In this document: positions 8,498 to 18,559 of the stretch, piece by piece
Position numbering within the stretch: the first letter of the stretch is position 1
How the letters are laid out: every line of letters begins with the position of its first letter
NCBI GenBank assembly: GCA_037142195.1
Contig: JBAXBA010000016.1
Span: 1-52,454 of the forward strand
Direction of reading: 5' to 3'
Origin: Pseudomonadota bacterium
GTDB lineage: Bacteria; Bdellovibrionota_B; Oligoflexia; Oligoflexales; CAIMVM01
Length of the DNA: 52,454 nucleotides
Program-made: the position numbers and the translations under genes
Notes under the pieces: generated by a model
Databases searched by the model: none
What the model saw: the letters and a program-made list of their open reading frames with translations, nothing else
What the model was told of the DNA's origin: nothing

Positions 8498-9280
8498 ATG
8501 ACAGATAGTCTTATACATCCTACAGCAGTGATACATAAATGTGCCGTATTAGGGCAAGGCGTTCGAGTGGGACCTTGGTCCATTATTGGACCACAAGTCA
8601 CCATTGGCGATGACACATGGATCGATTCTCATGTGGTCATTGAAGGAAGAACAACGATCGGTCGAGCCAATAAAATTTGGCGTTTTTCAAGCCTTGGAAC
8701 TTCGCCACAAGATTTGAAGTATCGTGGGGAAGACGCTGCTTTAATTATCGGTGATTCTAATCTGATTCGAGAGTATGTAAATATTTCCATCGGCACGGAA
8801 GGCGGTGGCATGTTGACTAAGATTGGATCTCACAGCCTATTTATGGTCAACGTTCACGTCGGCCACGACTGTATCATCGGCGACCATTGCGTTTTTGCAA
8901 ATGGAGTTTCCTTAGCTGGACATGTGGAAATAGGTGACCACGCTGTTGTGGGTGGGCATGTTGCCATTCATCAATTTTGTAAAATCGGCTCCTATTCCAT
9001 GACAGCAGGGGGCTCCATTATCGTGCAAGATGTCGCTCCGTTTATATTAGTCCAGGGCAACCACGCCAAACCGCACGGTTTAAACCTTACTGGACTCAGG
9101 CGTCAAGGCTTTGATGCTAAGAGACTTGCTGATATAAAAGAAATGTACCGATCGGTATACAGGTCCAATCTCCCGCTCGAGCAAGCAGTAGCCCAAATTA
9201 AGGAAACGATCCAGGACTCACCGGACAGGTCCCTCTGGCTTTCCGCGGCAGAAGGAAGTAAGCGAGGCTTAGCGAGATGA
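8498..9280 (+). CDS. lpxA: UDP-N-acetylglucosamine acyltransferase
   Basis: IHPTAVIH, hexapeptide repeats, PQDLKY, HVGHDC, HQF, GLN..GL.R. Confidence 0.97.
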   Translation: MTDSLIHPTAVIHKCAVLGQGVRVGPWSIIGPQVTIGDDTWIDSHVVIEGRTTIGRANKIWRFSSLGTSPQDLKYRGEDAALIIGDSNLIREYVNISIGTEGGGMLTKIGSHSLFMVNVHVGHDCIIGDHCVFANGVSLAGHVEIGDHAVVGGHVAIHQFCKIGSYSMTAGGSIIVQDVAPFILVQGNHAKPHGLNLTGLRRQGFDAKRLADIKEMYRSVYRSNLPLEQAVAQIKETIQDSPDRSLWLSAAEGSKRGLAR

Positions 9281-10458
9281 GCCCTCGACCCAAGCGGATA
9301 TTCATTTCAACCGGCGAACTGTCAGGTGAAATGCTTGCCGTAAGCTTGGTCCGCGAACTCAAAGCTCATGACTCTCATTTGGAGTTTTTTGGTATATCAG
9401 GTGATCTATTGGAGACTGAAGGCGTCATACGCATTATAGACAATAAAGACTTGTCTGTAATTGGATTTGGGGAAGTTTTGGCCATGCTTCCTAAGCTTGT
9501 CCGGCTTGAAGAAGAAGTCTTTCGATCTCTCGATGAGATTAAGCCCGATATTGCGATATTAGTCGATTATCCAGGATTTCACTTTAGGATCGCCCCAGCC
9601 CTGAAAGCTCGAGGCATCAAAGTCGTTCAATATGTTGCCCCAAAAGTTTGGGCTTGGGGTCAAAGTCGTGTTAAAAAATTGAAGAAGAATTTTGATTTAG
9701 TCCTGGGCGTCTTACCATTTGAGGAGGCTTTTTTTAAAGAGCACGGGGTCAACTATCACTATGTGGGCTCACCGCATATAGATAGAGTTAATGATGTTTC
9801 TGCCCTAGATAGGTTCACGTCCATGAAAGCTGACGGCAAATTGATCGCATTACTTCCTGGTAGCAGAAAAGGGGAAATCAAACGACTTCTCATTCCCCTT
9901 TTGAGTATTGCCAAAGACCTGATTCAGCGAGATCCGACTTTGAAATTCTTAATCCCTGTTGCTTCCAACCTCAAGGCTCAGGCTTTGATGGAAACAGTAG
10001 CTTCATTTTGGGGAGCAGAGATCGTCTCTGCGAGTGGCCATAGCGATATCGGACCTATTCGGATCGTTTCAGGCCAGAGTCTAGAAGTTATGAAAGCTTC
10101 CGACTTCGCGGTGGTGACCTCGGGCACTGCAACCTTGGAGTGCGGCCTCCTGGGTACGCCTCAAGTGATTGTCTATAGAGCCTCCGCTCTCTCCTATGCT
10201 ATTGGGATCCGCCTCCTTAAAGTTCCCTGGGTCGGGCTTGTAAATCTGAGTGCTGGCCGAGAAATTGCTAAAGAATTTATTCAACATTTTAAAGTTAATG
10301 AAATTTCATTGCATATAGAAAAAATTTTGTCAGAACCATCACTCTATGCGGAAGCTAAAAATGAACTGACGCTTCTACGTTCTAAATTTAAGGGTGAAGC
10401 GGAAATTGAAGCTAGCAAAATGATACTTAAATTGGCGGACTCCAGTCTATGTGGATGA
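9277..10458 (+). CDS. lpxB: lipid-A-disaccharide synthase
   Basis: GELSGE, VDYPGFH, P.VWAW, LPFE, LLPGSR, SGTATLE. Confidence 0.96.
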   Translation: MSPRPKRIFISTGELSGEMLAVSLVRELKAHDSHLEFFGISGDLLETEGVIRIIDNKDLSVIGFGEVLAMLPKLVRLEEEVFRSLDEIKPDIAILVDYPGFHFRIAPALKARGIKVVQYVAPKVWAWGQSRVKKLKKNFDLVLGVLPFEEAFFKEHGVNYHYVGSPHIDRVNDVSALDRFTSMKADGKLIALLPGSRKGEIKRLLIPLLSIAKDLIQRDPTLKFLIPVASNLKAQALMETVASFWGAEIVSASGHSDIGPIRIVSGQSLEVMKASDFAVVTSGTATLECGLLGTPQVIVYRASALSYAIGIRLLKVPWVGLVNLSAGREIAKEFIQHFKVNEISLHIEKILSEPSLYAEAKNELTLLRSKFKGEAEIEASKMILKLADSSLCG

Positions 10459-12203
10459 ACTTCTTTAAGGAGCATGTATGGCGAGCCGTAAAGGAAGACA
10501 AATCGTCGCTCTTGAGATTGGTTCTAGCTCTCGCACTCTTAGGTATTTCTCAAGCTGGTTTGGTCATTATTATTGGACCTATGCTTAAGGTATTTTTTGT
10601 TGGAGAAAATGAAGTTTTTAAGCTTGGAGAACTCATTTCGCTTCTTCCAGAAAAAACTTCAAATATAGAAATTACACGCTCATTTTTGATGCTGATTATT
10701 CCTCTTGGATTGTTGGGGTTGGGATTAGGAAGAAGTTTCTGTGGATACATCTACAACGTGGAACAAACCTATTTGTCCCTTGAAATTTCTGCTAAGTTTC
10801 GCTCCACTTTATTTGAACATATCGTCAGTGTAGACTACATGAAAGGTGCCAGTAGGTCTCCAGCTGAATGGATGTCCGTCATAATGAACGACGTGGCAGC
10901 TTTGCAAGAGAAAGTATCGGAAATAGTCAATGGACTCCTCAGGGATCTATTGGCGCTTGCCGCCTCTTTTGTGGGCCTCCTTTTTGTCTGGTGGCCAGCA
11001 GCCATCGTGTTGTTAGGCATCTCACCATTTATAGCATTTTGGACTGGCCGCACCGGGCGAAAAATTTCCAAGTGGAGTGAAGAATTTCAACGTTCCCAAG
11101 CTCAATTTCAGGCTTTTGCTCATGATTTTAGATCTCGCTTTGAATTTGTTAAGGCGCAAAGTGGTGAAGAAGTCGAACTTGGGCAATTCGAAAAAATGAA
11201 TAGAAACTATCTTCGTGCTGTCAATAAGTCCATCTTTACACGTGCACTCTTTGCGCCAAGCTTTGAGTTTTTTGGCTTTGCCGCTCTAGCAGGAGTGATC
11301 CTACTTCTACCATTTGTAGAACAACATCTCCATGGTACGAGACTCGTGGCTTTTTTTGGCGCCCTTGCCATGATTTTTAAGCCCCTAAGAAGTATTGGGG
11401 AACAGTATGTTGGCCTAGAGCAAATTAAGGGACTTCTCTCACAGTCTTTGCAAATTTTAAGCACTCCCATACAGGAGCGTGTCTCCTTTCAAGTCGCCGA
11501 TGGGAATGTGACTCAGATAAAAGTGGATTCCCTCGAAGTCTCTTATGACAGATTTTCTCTGCGATGCGAAAATCTCGTTTTAAACCCGGGACAGCTCATT
11601 CTATTCGCGGGGCGAAGTGGCGCAGGTAAAAGCAGCTTACTTAAAGTATTGGCTGGCCTTGTAGATCCTAATCAATATAGCGGGAACGTATCCGTCCCTA
11701 TGCTTCGCTCCTATGTTTCCTACGTCGGACAGGCGCCTTTTCTCTTTAAAGGCACCGTTAGAGAAAACCTCAATTATGGTCAAAAGTTTCCTTTTTCTGA
11801 TGAAAAGATAATTAAGTCTCTAGAGTGTGTTGGCGTTTATGACGAACTTTTGGCTCTCGGGGGACTGGATTTGTTTTTTGATCCCATAAAGCCCTGCTTC
11901 TCAGGGGGCCAAATTCAACGGTTGTCTATAGCCCGCGGTCTTTTGAGACCGTCCCAGATTTTGGCATTAGATGAAGTTACAGCTTCACTTGATTTGAACA
12001 AAGAAAAAGAAATTTTAGAATCTCTGCGGGAGCTTGCTCAGAGTTCCGGTAAAATCGTTTTGGTGGTAAGCCATCGTTTTGATTTTTTAAATTTATTTGA
12101 CCATGTATACTTTTTCGTTGACGGCCAAATACATCTTCAAGGAAGCCCAGCACACGTAAGTTTGAATGATGACTTTAGGCTGTTCTTGGAGGGTGAAAAA
12201 TGA
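10449..12203 (+). CDS. msbA: MsbA-like lipid A ABC exporter
   Basis: N-terminal TM domain plus GRSGAGKS, FSGGQ, LDE; located between lpxB and lpxK. Confidence 0.8.
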   Translation: MWMNFFKEHVWRAVKEDKSSLLRLVLALALLGISQAGLVIIIGPMLKVFFVGENEVFKLGELISLLPEKTSNIEITRSFLMLIIPLGLLGLGLGRSFCGYIYNVEQTYLSLEISAKFRSTLFEHIVSVDYMKGASRSPAEWMSVIMNDVAALQEKVSEIVNGLLRDLLALAASFVGLLFVWWPAAIVLLGISPFIAFWTGRTGRKISKWSEEFQRSQAQFQAFAHDFRSRFEFVKAQSGEEVELGQFEKMNRNYLRAVNKSIFTRALFAPSFEFFGFAALAGVILLLPFVEQHLHGTRLVAFFGALAMIFKPLRSIGEQYVGLEQIKGLLSQSLQILSTPIQERVSFQVADGNVTQIKVDSLEVSYDRFSLRCENLVLNPGQLILFAGRSGAGKSSLLKVLAGLVDPNQYSGNVSVPMLRSYVSYVGQAPFLFKGTVRENLNYGQKFPFSDEKIIKSLECVGVYDELLALGGLDLFFDPIKPCFSGGQIQRLSIARGLLRPSQILALDEVTASLDLNKEKEILESLRELAQSSGKIVLVVSHRFDFLNLFDHVYFFVDGQIHLQGSPAHVSLNDDFRLFLEGEK

Positions 12204-13186
12204 GGTGGATCCTTCTGCCCTTCCATTTCATCTACTGGATCATACTCTTTATGAGAGACCTTTATTTTAAATTCTCAACGCCCAAAAAGCTCCCTGGATT
12301 TGTGATCTCCGTGGGCAATATTGAAGCAGGGGGCACCGGAAAGACTCCCCTTGTAACGGGGCTTTCATCTTATTTTATTCAAAAGAAAAAATGTGTCGCG
12401 ATTCTTTCTCGGGGTTATAAGTCTAATCTCAGACATGGCGAATTTGCCATTTTAAAACAGGGGCAAGTGATAGCTGGGAGGATAGATTTAAGAAATGCAG
12501 ATGAAGGCATGATGCTTTCAAAATCCCTCCCTGAATGTTACGTCGTCCTGGGCGCTAAAAGATTTCGAAACAGCACGAAATTAGTTCATGACTTACTCAT
12601 TACGCCTGACATATGGATACTTGACGATGGGTTTCAACATCGCTCGATTCATCGCAACTGCAATATAGCATTAGTACATAAGTTGGGCATAGCTCCGTAC
12701 GATTGGACTTTTCCTGTAGGACTCCTGAGAGAGTCGAGCAAGGCTTTAAAGCGAGCAGATATCATACTTTATAGGGATCAACCGATGGTGGGTTTTGATA
12801 CTCAATTTAAGTTAGAATTTCATAGCGGACCTTTTCTTAAGACCGATGGTTCTACTGTATTATTTGAATCTTTAAAAAATGTCGCACTAGTAACCGCCAT
12901 TGCTCACCCTGAGGCCTTTCGCCATACGGCAGAAGACATAGGTCTGAACGTAGTCAGTTTAAGTTCTAAGCCCGATCATCATCCCTTTTTGGCTGGTGAG
13001 ATCGATCCTATTTTTGAAAAAGTGGATCAAATAGCCATTACGGAAAAAGATTTTTGGCGTCAGCCTGATTTTTGGAACAATTATAAAAGTAAAGTGATTC
13101 GTGTGACGCAACACGCAGATTTACCTTCGAAATTTTTAGAAATTATGGAAAAGTCATATGCGCAGTATATTGATATTGAAAACTAG
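12200..13186 (+). CDS. lpxK: tetraacyldisaccharide 4'-kinase
   Basis: VISVGNI.AGGTGKTP, LSRGY, DE, LDDGFQH, P.G.LRE, TEKD. Confidence 0.96.
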   Translation: MRWILLPFHFIYWIILFMRDLYFKFSTPKKLPGFVISVGNIEAGGTGKTPLVTGLSSYFIQKKKCVAILSRGYKSNLRHGEFAILKQGQVIAGRIDLRNADEGMMLSKSLPECYVVLGAKRFRNSTKLVHDLLITPDIWILDDGFQHRSIHRNCNIALVHKLGIAPYDWTFPVGLLRESSKALKRADIILYRDQPMVGFDTQFKLEFHSGPFLKTDGSTVLFESLKNVALVTAIAHPEAFRHTAEDIGLNVVSLSSKPDHHPFLAGEIDPIFEKVDQIAITEKDFWRQPDFWNNYKSKVIRVTQHADLPSKFLEIMEKSYAQYIDIEN

Positions 13187-13296
13187 CGAAAAATCTCTTC
13201 TAGTTTAGAATCCTTCTAATTACCTGGCAAATTCTGCCTGCTGCAATACTTCCTGTTTTATATTTATCATTTCTATTGTGATCTAGATCCTTTAGG

Positions 13297-13323
13297 TAAA
13301 GTTTTTGTTGGGCGCGTCGATGA
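13297..13323 (+). promoter_or_regulatory. sigma-28-type promoter
   Basis: TAAAGTTT-N11-GTCGATGA, 35 nt upstream of ATG at 13359. Confidence 0.6.
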
Positions 13324-13358
13324 ATAGACCAGAACATTAGTTTACAGGGGAGTGACCC

Positions 13359-14333
13359 ATGTCTAAGAACAAGAGCGAAGTTGATACATCGATGCCTGCC
13401 GGCCAAACAAAAGCTGGAGGAGACTCAAATCCATTCACTGCAGATTTAAAAGGTGAGTTTACGAGCAATTTTGGAACGAATACCAATGCTGTGAGCGATC
13501 TTCTTAAAAGCGGTAACAACGGCAATAGAATGAAGATTTTTGGCGGGGCCATTTTAGCCGTCACTCTAGTAGCAGGTGGTCTCTATCTTTATTTGCCTTC
13601 GGGAACAAGTGAAGATGAATTTGCCAATGATGGTTCTGAGGCTGCTGCACCAGATAAAGATCCTTTAGCCGAAGATGCAGCCGGAAAAGATGCTGCCGCG
13701 AAAGAAGATCTCGCACAAGATGCAGATGGCGCCAGTGAGTCAACTAAGGACAGTGCCGTTCCCACGAAAGGCGAGCCGCAGGTGGCAACAGATGCTCCCG
13801 GAGCTCTCATGCCCAAAAATGGTAAGACCAGATTTTATGATGAGACAAGCTCAGATGCTGAGTTTACTTGGAGTGGCTCTCCAGGCGGTTTTATCACTTT
13901 CTCGAGGTCGGCTGAGTTGAAGAACTCTGTGCGCAAAGTTAAAGTTGAAGGAAATAGATACGTGTTTAGACATCCTTGGCCAGGCACTTGGTATTGGCAA
14001 GTAGAAAATGGAGCAGGTAAGTCTTCTATCCAGTCTTTCAGCGTAGCTGCTCCCGTGAGACGAAACATTGCCGTTTCAAGCCCTCAACCAGGTGCTACAT
14101 TGCCCGGCAATGGTGGCTTGGTGTCTTGGAATGCCGACGAAAGGGTATCCAGGTATAAAGTTGAGCTTTCCAGTGGCGACTGGGCGAATCCCGTACACAG
14201 ACAACAAACGGTTGGTACAGATTTGCAATTGTCAGGGGTAGCTCCAGGTTCCTACCAAATGAGAGTAGGAGCATGGTCAGATGTAGCGGGAAGATGGGAA
14301 TACACCGCACCGATGGCTGTAACCATTCAATAA
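13359..14333 (+). CDS. bitopic membrane protein with acidic linker and two Ig/FN3-like periplasmic domains
   Basis: single TM IFGGAILAVTLVAGGLYLYL, D/E/A-rich linker, repeated P.nG...W...PG.Y/W.W.V beta-sandwich pattern. Confidence 0.75.
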   Translation: MSKNKSEVDTSMPAGQTKAGGDSNPFTADLKGEFTSNFGTNTNAVSDLLKSGNNGNRMKIFGGAILAVTLVAGGLYLYLPSGTSEDEFANDGSEAAAPDKDPLAEDAAGKDAAAKEDLAQDADGASESTKDSAVPTKGEPQVATDAPGALMPKNGKTRFYDETSSDAEFTWSGSPGGFITFSRSAELKNSVRKVKVEGNRYVFRHPWPGTWYWQVENGAGKSSIQSFSVAAPVRRNIAVSSPQPGATLPGNGGLVSWNADERVSRYKVELSSGDWANPVHRQQTVGTDLQLSGVAPGSYQMRVGAWSDVAGRWEYTAPMAVTIQ

Positions 14334-14407
14334 TTTATATTTTAAAAAGATCTTTCTTTCCACCTTGAATCCTAATAAAATCCCGTCAGACAATGGCGGG
14401 ATTTCTT

Positions 14408-14968
14408 ATGGACAAGCTATTACTTAGAAAGAATGCAATCGCTAGACGCAAATCACTAGACCCAGAAGTCACCAGAAAAATGTCACTAGAGATTGTGAAT
14501 TTAGTAAAAGACTTCATGGACCAAAGGAAATTTGATCAGGTTTTCCTTTATAGCCCGATGGTAGGGGAAGTGGATCTCACAGACCTACTATCAACTGGAT
14601 TGTCCCGCTTTGCTTTTCCGAAAGTAAATGGTAGCGACATGGATTTTTTTGGAGTGAAAACAACCAGTGAGCTATTTAAGCAAAGCTATGGGCTCATGGA
14701 GCCTAGAGGCCTTGGAGGCCTTACCATTCCCACGGCAAAAACCCTCATTTTGGTTCCCTCCCTTTTGTTAGATCGGCAAGGAAATCGTGTTGGCCTAGGA
14801 AAAGGCTATTACGATCGCTATCTTAACAAAGTTAAGACCCCATTAACCTTGGGAGTTGCTTTTGATGAGTTTGTCGTGGAGTCCCTGCCTTTAGAACCTT
14901 GGGACGTTCCTTTAGGGGGCTATGTAACCGAGCGGAAGCTTGAAATATTAAATCAAATTCACAAGTAA
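14408..14968 (+). CDS. ygfA: 5-formyltetrahydrofolate cyclo-ligase
   Basis: YGLMEP, ILVP...DRQGNRVGLGKGYYDRYL, EPWD.PL...VTE. Confidence 0.93.
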   Translation: MDKLLLRKNAIARRKSLDPEVTRKMSLEIVNLVKDFMDQRKFDQVFLYSPMVGEVDLTDLLSTGLSRFAFPKVNGSDMDFFGVKTTSELFKQSYGLMEPRGLGGLTIPTAKTLILVPSLLLDRQGNRVGLGKGYYDRYLNKVKTPLTLGVAFDEFVVESLPLEPWDVPLGGYVTERKLEILNQIHK

Positions 14969-15052
14969 TATCATAAGTTTAAATATCTTTACAAGCCTCT
15001 CCGGCCGTGAGACATTCTGCAAGGTCGGTGTCACGGCATTGAGGGAGAAACA

Positions 15053-16381
15053 TTGTCAAACGAGCCAAAAAACCAAGGACAGCCTCTTAGACGTTTATCA
15101 CGCAAGCAATCTGAAAATCATTTTAGTGAAGCACAAACGTGTTTTCCTGGTGGAGTTAACTCGCCCGTAAGAGCCTTCCGCTCGGTAGGTGGGACCCCTG
15201 TTTTTGTAAAGCGGGCTAAGGGCGCCTATATTTGGGATGAAGATGGAAATCGTTATCTCGATTTTGTGGGCAGCTGGGGAACAGCGATTCTTGGGCATGC
15301 CCATGATGAGGTCCTTGATTTTGTAAAATTTCGCATGGACAACGGTCTTTCTTTTGGCGCGCCCACTAAGGAAGAAACTGAACTTGCTGTAAAGGTGAGG
15401 CATTACTTTCCAGCCCTCGAGATGATGAGATTTGTCTCTTCGGGTACGGAAGCCTGTATGGCAAGTATTAGATTAGCGCGCGGATTTACAGGCCGTTCTA
15501 AGATCATTAAATTCGAGGGCAACTATCACGGACATGGGGACATGCTCCTCGTTAAAGCTGGTTCTGGTGTTGCTACCTTTGGCTTGCCCGACAGTGCTGG
15601 AGTTACCGCTGGAGTTGCTCAAAGCACTTTAACGGCTCCTTATAATGACATTCAGGCAGTAGTAGACCTATTTGCGGCAAATCCAGGTGACATTGCAGCT
15701 ATAATCCTAGAGCCCATTGTCGGAAATGCTGGGTTTATTCGCCCGCAAAAATCCTTTCTCTCTGACCTACGAGAACTTTGCTCGCGGGAAGGCGCACTTC
15801 TCATATTTGATGAAGTGATGACAGGATTTAGAACCCATCTGGGCGGAGTTCAAGCTCTCTATGGAATCAAGCCAGACCTCGTTACACTTGGAAAAGTTGT
15901 AGGCGGAGGGATGCCCCTTGCGGTTTATGGCGGACGCAGTGATATTATGAAAATGGTAGCCCCTCTGGGTTCCGTATACCAGGCTGGAACGCTTTCAGGG
16001 AATCCAGTCGCCGTTGCTTGCGGCTTAAAAACCCTAGAAGTATTAGGCAGGCCAGGAAATTTTGCCCAAATTTCCTTGCGAACCCAGGAACTTGTAACGG
16101 GCATGAAAGATATTGCTGCAAAACATCAAGTTGCTTTGCAAGCTGATCACGAAGGGGGAATGTTTGGTTTCTTTTTTACGAAGTCTCCAGTGCTCAATTT
16201 TGCAGATGCCAAAAAATGCGATGTAGATTTTTTCAAAAAAGTCTTCCATGCACTTTTAGATGAAGGCCACTACTTTGCGCCTTCAGCTTTTGAAGCTGGA
16301 TTTGTTAGCCTTGCTCACAAACCTGAGGACATTAAAAATGCACTTTCCTGTTTTGATCGTGTATTGGGCGCATTAAAATGA
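15053..16381 (+). CDS. hemL: glutamate-1-semialdehyde 2,1-aminomutase
   Basis: PGGVNSPVRAF, SGTEACM, YHGH, FDEVMTGFR, GKVVGGGMP, YQAGTLSGNP. Confidence 0.98.
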   Translation: MSNEPKNQGQPLRRLSRKQSENHFSEAQTCFPGGVNSPVRAFRSVGGTPVFVKRAKGAYIWDEDGNRYLDFVGSWGTAILGHAHDEVLDFVKFRMDNGLSFGAPTKEETELAVKVRHYFPALEMMRFVSSGTEACMASIRLARGFTGRSKIIKFEGNYHGHGDMLLVKAGSGVATFGLPDSAGVTAGVAQSTLTAPYNDIQAVVDLFAANPGDIAAIILEPIVGNAGFIRPQKSFLSDLRELCSREGALLIFDEVMTGFRTHLGGVQALYGIKPDLVTLGKVVGGGMPLAVYGGRSDIMKMVAPLGSVYQAGTLSGNPVAVACGLKTLEVLGRPGNFAQISLRTQELVTGMKDIAAKHQVALQADHEGGMFGFFFTKSPVLNFADAKKCDVDFFKKVFHALLDEGHYFAPSAFEAGFVSLAHKPEDIKNALSCFDRVLGALK

Positions 16382-17370
16382 CCATTGAGCACCCCTTAAA
16401 AGTAGGTTGGATACCTTATTTAAACTTTCGTCCACTAGGGCATGAACTTAGGCTCGCAAGAAATTCCTCGCTTGATATAAAAAGCGGTCATCCTTCAGGG
16501 ATAAATAGACTTCTGGCCGAAAGCCAAATTGATATAGCTCCTTGTTCTAGCGTTTGCATGGCCTTTATTCCCGAACATGAGATGGCCGTCCCTTGCGGTA
16601 TGGTTTCTCGCGGCAAGGTCATGAGTGTCTATTTGGGTTTAAAACACGAACACCAATACTTATATGAATTTATTCATGAACGCACCATGCTCTTGAAGCT
16701 GTTATGGCAAGCTTCATTTCACGAAGCGGATATCCGAAAGAGCATGGAGCAAATTTGGAATCAAGTTCTCACCTTGCCCCCTGCTATGATTCTTTCACCT
16801 CAAATGAAACTTTCTAGCGCCTCTGCATCTAGCTCCGTTTTAGCAAGAATCTTCTATATCATGTGGTTTGGCCATCAAAACTATACAGAAGCACAAGGCC
16901 ACGGAAGAATCAGCGACAAGCCATTTGGCACCGACCTACCTATTGAGCTCTTAATTGGCGATGAAGCCTTAGAAAGACGTTCTCAATTTTCACATGTGAT
17001 AGACTTAGGCCAAGCCTGGTGGGACATCACAAGCCTTCCCTTTGTTTTTGCGGTTTGGCAAAGTCGCGCTCCTATTGCACCTGCTCTAAAATCAAAGATC
17101 CTCAAAGCCTCAGAACTCGCTGAAATGCGTATGAAACTTGAGCCTTCAGTATATTTTCCGGAAATTATGCCTCTCGATACTGCCGGCCGGCAGCTTCCTT
17201 TAGCCGAATATTGGAAACTCATAGATTATCGATTGGGGGTTGAAGAGATTAGGGGACTCATCGCCTTTTTATACTTGGCAAAACATTTCCGACCCGTGGA
17301 GCGATCGGATCAAATCCTTCTCAAAATCATTAGGCTTCAAGAACTTTCTAGCCGCATGAGCCCCAACTAA
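16378..17370 (+). CDS. mqnA: MqnA-family chorismate dehydratase (futalosine menaquinone pathway) with internal insertion
   Basis: IPYLNFRPL, G.V.SV, SASS, LLIGDEAL, DLG..W...T.LPFVFAVW. Confidence 0.8.
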   Translation: MTIEHPLKVGWIPYLNFRPLGHELRLARNSSLDIKSGHPSGINRLLAESQIDIAPCSSVCMAFIPEHEMAVPCGMVSRGKVMSVYLGLKHEHQYLYEFIHERTMLLKLLWQASFHEADIRKSMEQIWNQVLTLPPAMILSPQMKLSSASASSSVLARIFYIMWFGHQNYTEAQGHGRISDKPFGTDLPIELLIGDEALERRSQFSHVIDLGQAWWDITSLPFVFAVWQSRAPIAPALKSKILKASELAEMRMKLEPSVYFPEIMPLDTAGRQLPLAEYWKLIDYRLGVEEIRGLIAFLYLAKHFRPVERSDQILLKIIRLQELSSRMSPN

Positions 17371-17434
17371 TTATTTGTTCGTTAGCGTTCTGAGATCATC
17401 TACGTCACCTTGGTTAGCACTGGGGGGGGGATGG

Positions 17435-18010
17435 ATGTTCTATTTTTGTTTTTTATGCCTTTCGACTTTTGTTTTTATAGAATGGAAAAAACAAGACTTG
17501 GGCCTTAAGGCGATACATACGGAAACCAAAGCGCTTTCACGCTCCCTTGCGGGCTCAAACGGTTCGCCAGATTGGCTTCAAGACTTTATTCTAGATTTTG
17601 AATTAGCAGGCTTCAGCTACCTACCTTTTTTGGCCAGCCTATGTGAACTTGGAGAGGAGATTCGTTTCGAAAATCGAAAGCTTCTGGCTTGCTACGGCGC
17701 TAAATCATGCAATATACTTGTAGTTTTTGTTGTCATGAATTCCTTAAAAGTAGAACCCAATTTCTACTTTTGTCTCGTCATTTTAATTTTCTCATCCCTT
17801 TCCTTGTATAGCCTGGGTTTTAAAAATAGGCGCCAAATTTTGGACAAGCTAAAAGAATTTGAACGACCTCTTGAAATAGATTTTTCTAGCGTGAAAGAAG
17901 TAAATTCCAAGACTTTTAAAAGAAAATACTCTACGGTAAGTGCATTGGGCACTTTGGCAGAACTTGCGGTGTTTTTAGTGGGTATGGTTGGAGCCTCCCA
18001 TACTATTTAA
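17435..18010 (+). CDS. hypothetical integral membrane protein
   Basis: ORF with several hydrophobic segments, in operon context; start uncertain (TTG 17375 is an alternative). Confidence 0.6.
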   Translation: MFYFCFLCLSTFVFIEWKKQDLGLKAIHTETKALSRSLAGSNGSPDWLQDFILDFELAGFSYLPFLASLCELGEEIRFENRKLLACYGAKSCNILVVFVVMNSLKVEPNFYFCLVILIFSSLSLYSLGFKNRRQILDKLKEFERPLEIDFSSVKEVNSKTFKRKYSTVSALGTLAELAVFLVGMVGASHTI

Positions 18011-18024
18011 GTTAAAGGTCAATT

Positions 18025-18516
18025 ATGAAGTATTTAGTCTTAGTGAGACATGCTACGGCAGAAAGCAATCTTGTAATGTTAGATATTGAGCGATGTTTAA
18101 CAGATGTTGGGCATTTAGAAGCCAGCCATACCGCTCGCGACCTCATCGAGATTTGGCGGTCTAACGCACTCAAACCACCGCTTATCATATCTAGCCCTGC
18201 CACCCGCACCTTTCAAACATGCAGTTACATTCAAAAAGAGTTTGAGAGTCAAAAACTCTTTGACGGTGAAATTGACAAAGAAAATCATCTCTATCGGGGC
18301 GACATGGAAGACTGGCTTGACGTTTCCATTCATGTCGATGAGAGCAAACAAGGGATCATTCTCGTGGGTCATAATCCCGGCATTTCCATATTTGCGAGCC
18401 ATCTTGTTCAGACGGAACTCAACTTTGCGCCTGCACAATATGCGGTTTTAAGGGCAGATACTACTTGGGCGGAACTGAACCATGTGAAGTGGGATCTGTT
18501 TAAATCTTCACTTTAA
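18025..18516 (+). CDS. sixA: SixA-like phosphohistidine phosphatase
   Basis: LVLVRHA, R.LT..G, SSPATRTFQT, LVGHNPG. Confidence 0.88.
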   Translation: MKYLVLVRHATAESNLVMLDIERCLTDVGHLEASHTARDLIEIWRSNALKPPLIISSPATRTFQTCSYIQKEFESQKLFDGEIDKENHLYRGDMEDWLDVSIHVDESKQGIILVGHNPGISIFASHLVQTELNFAPAQYAVLRADTTWAELNHVKWDLFKSSL

Positions 18517-18559
18517 CCTTCGATAAAAACCCTTGATCTCTGAATGAGCTTCAAGGTTC

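Noticed and set aside
14334..14407. 6S RNA, often found upstream of ygfA
   Set aside because: The gap is only about 70 nt, too short for 6S RNA.
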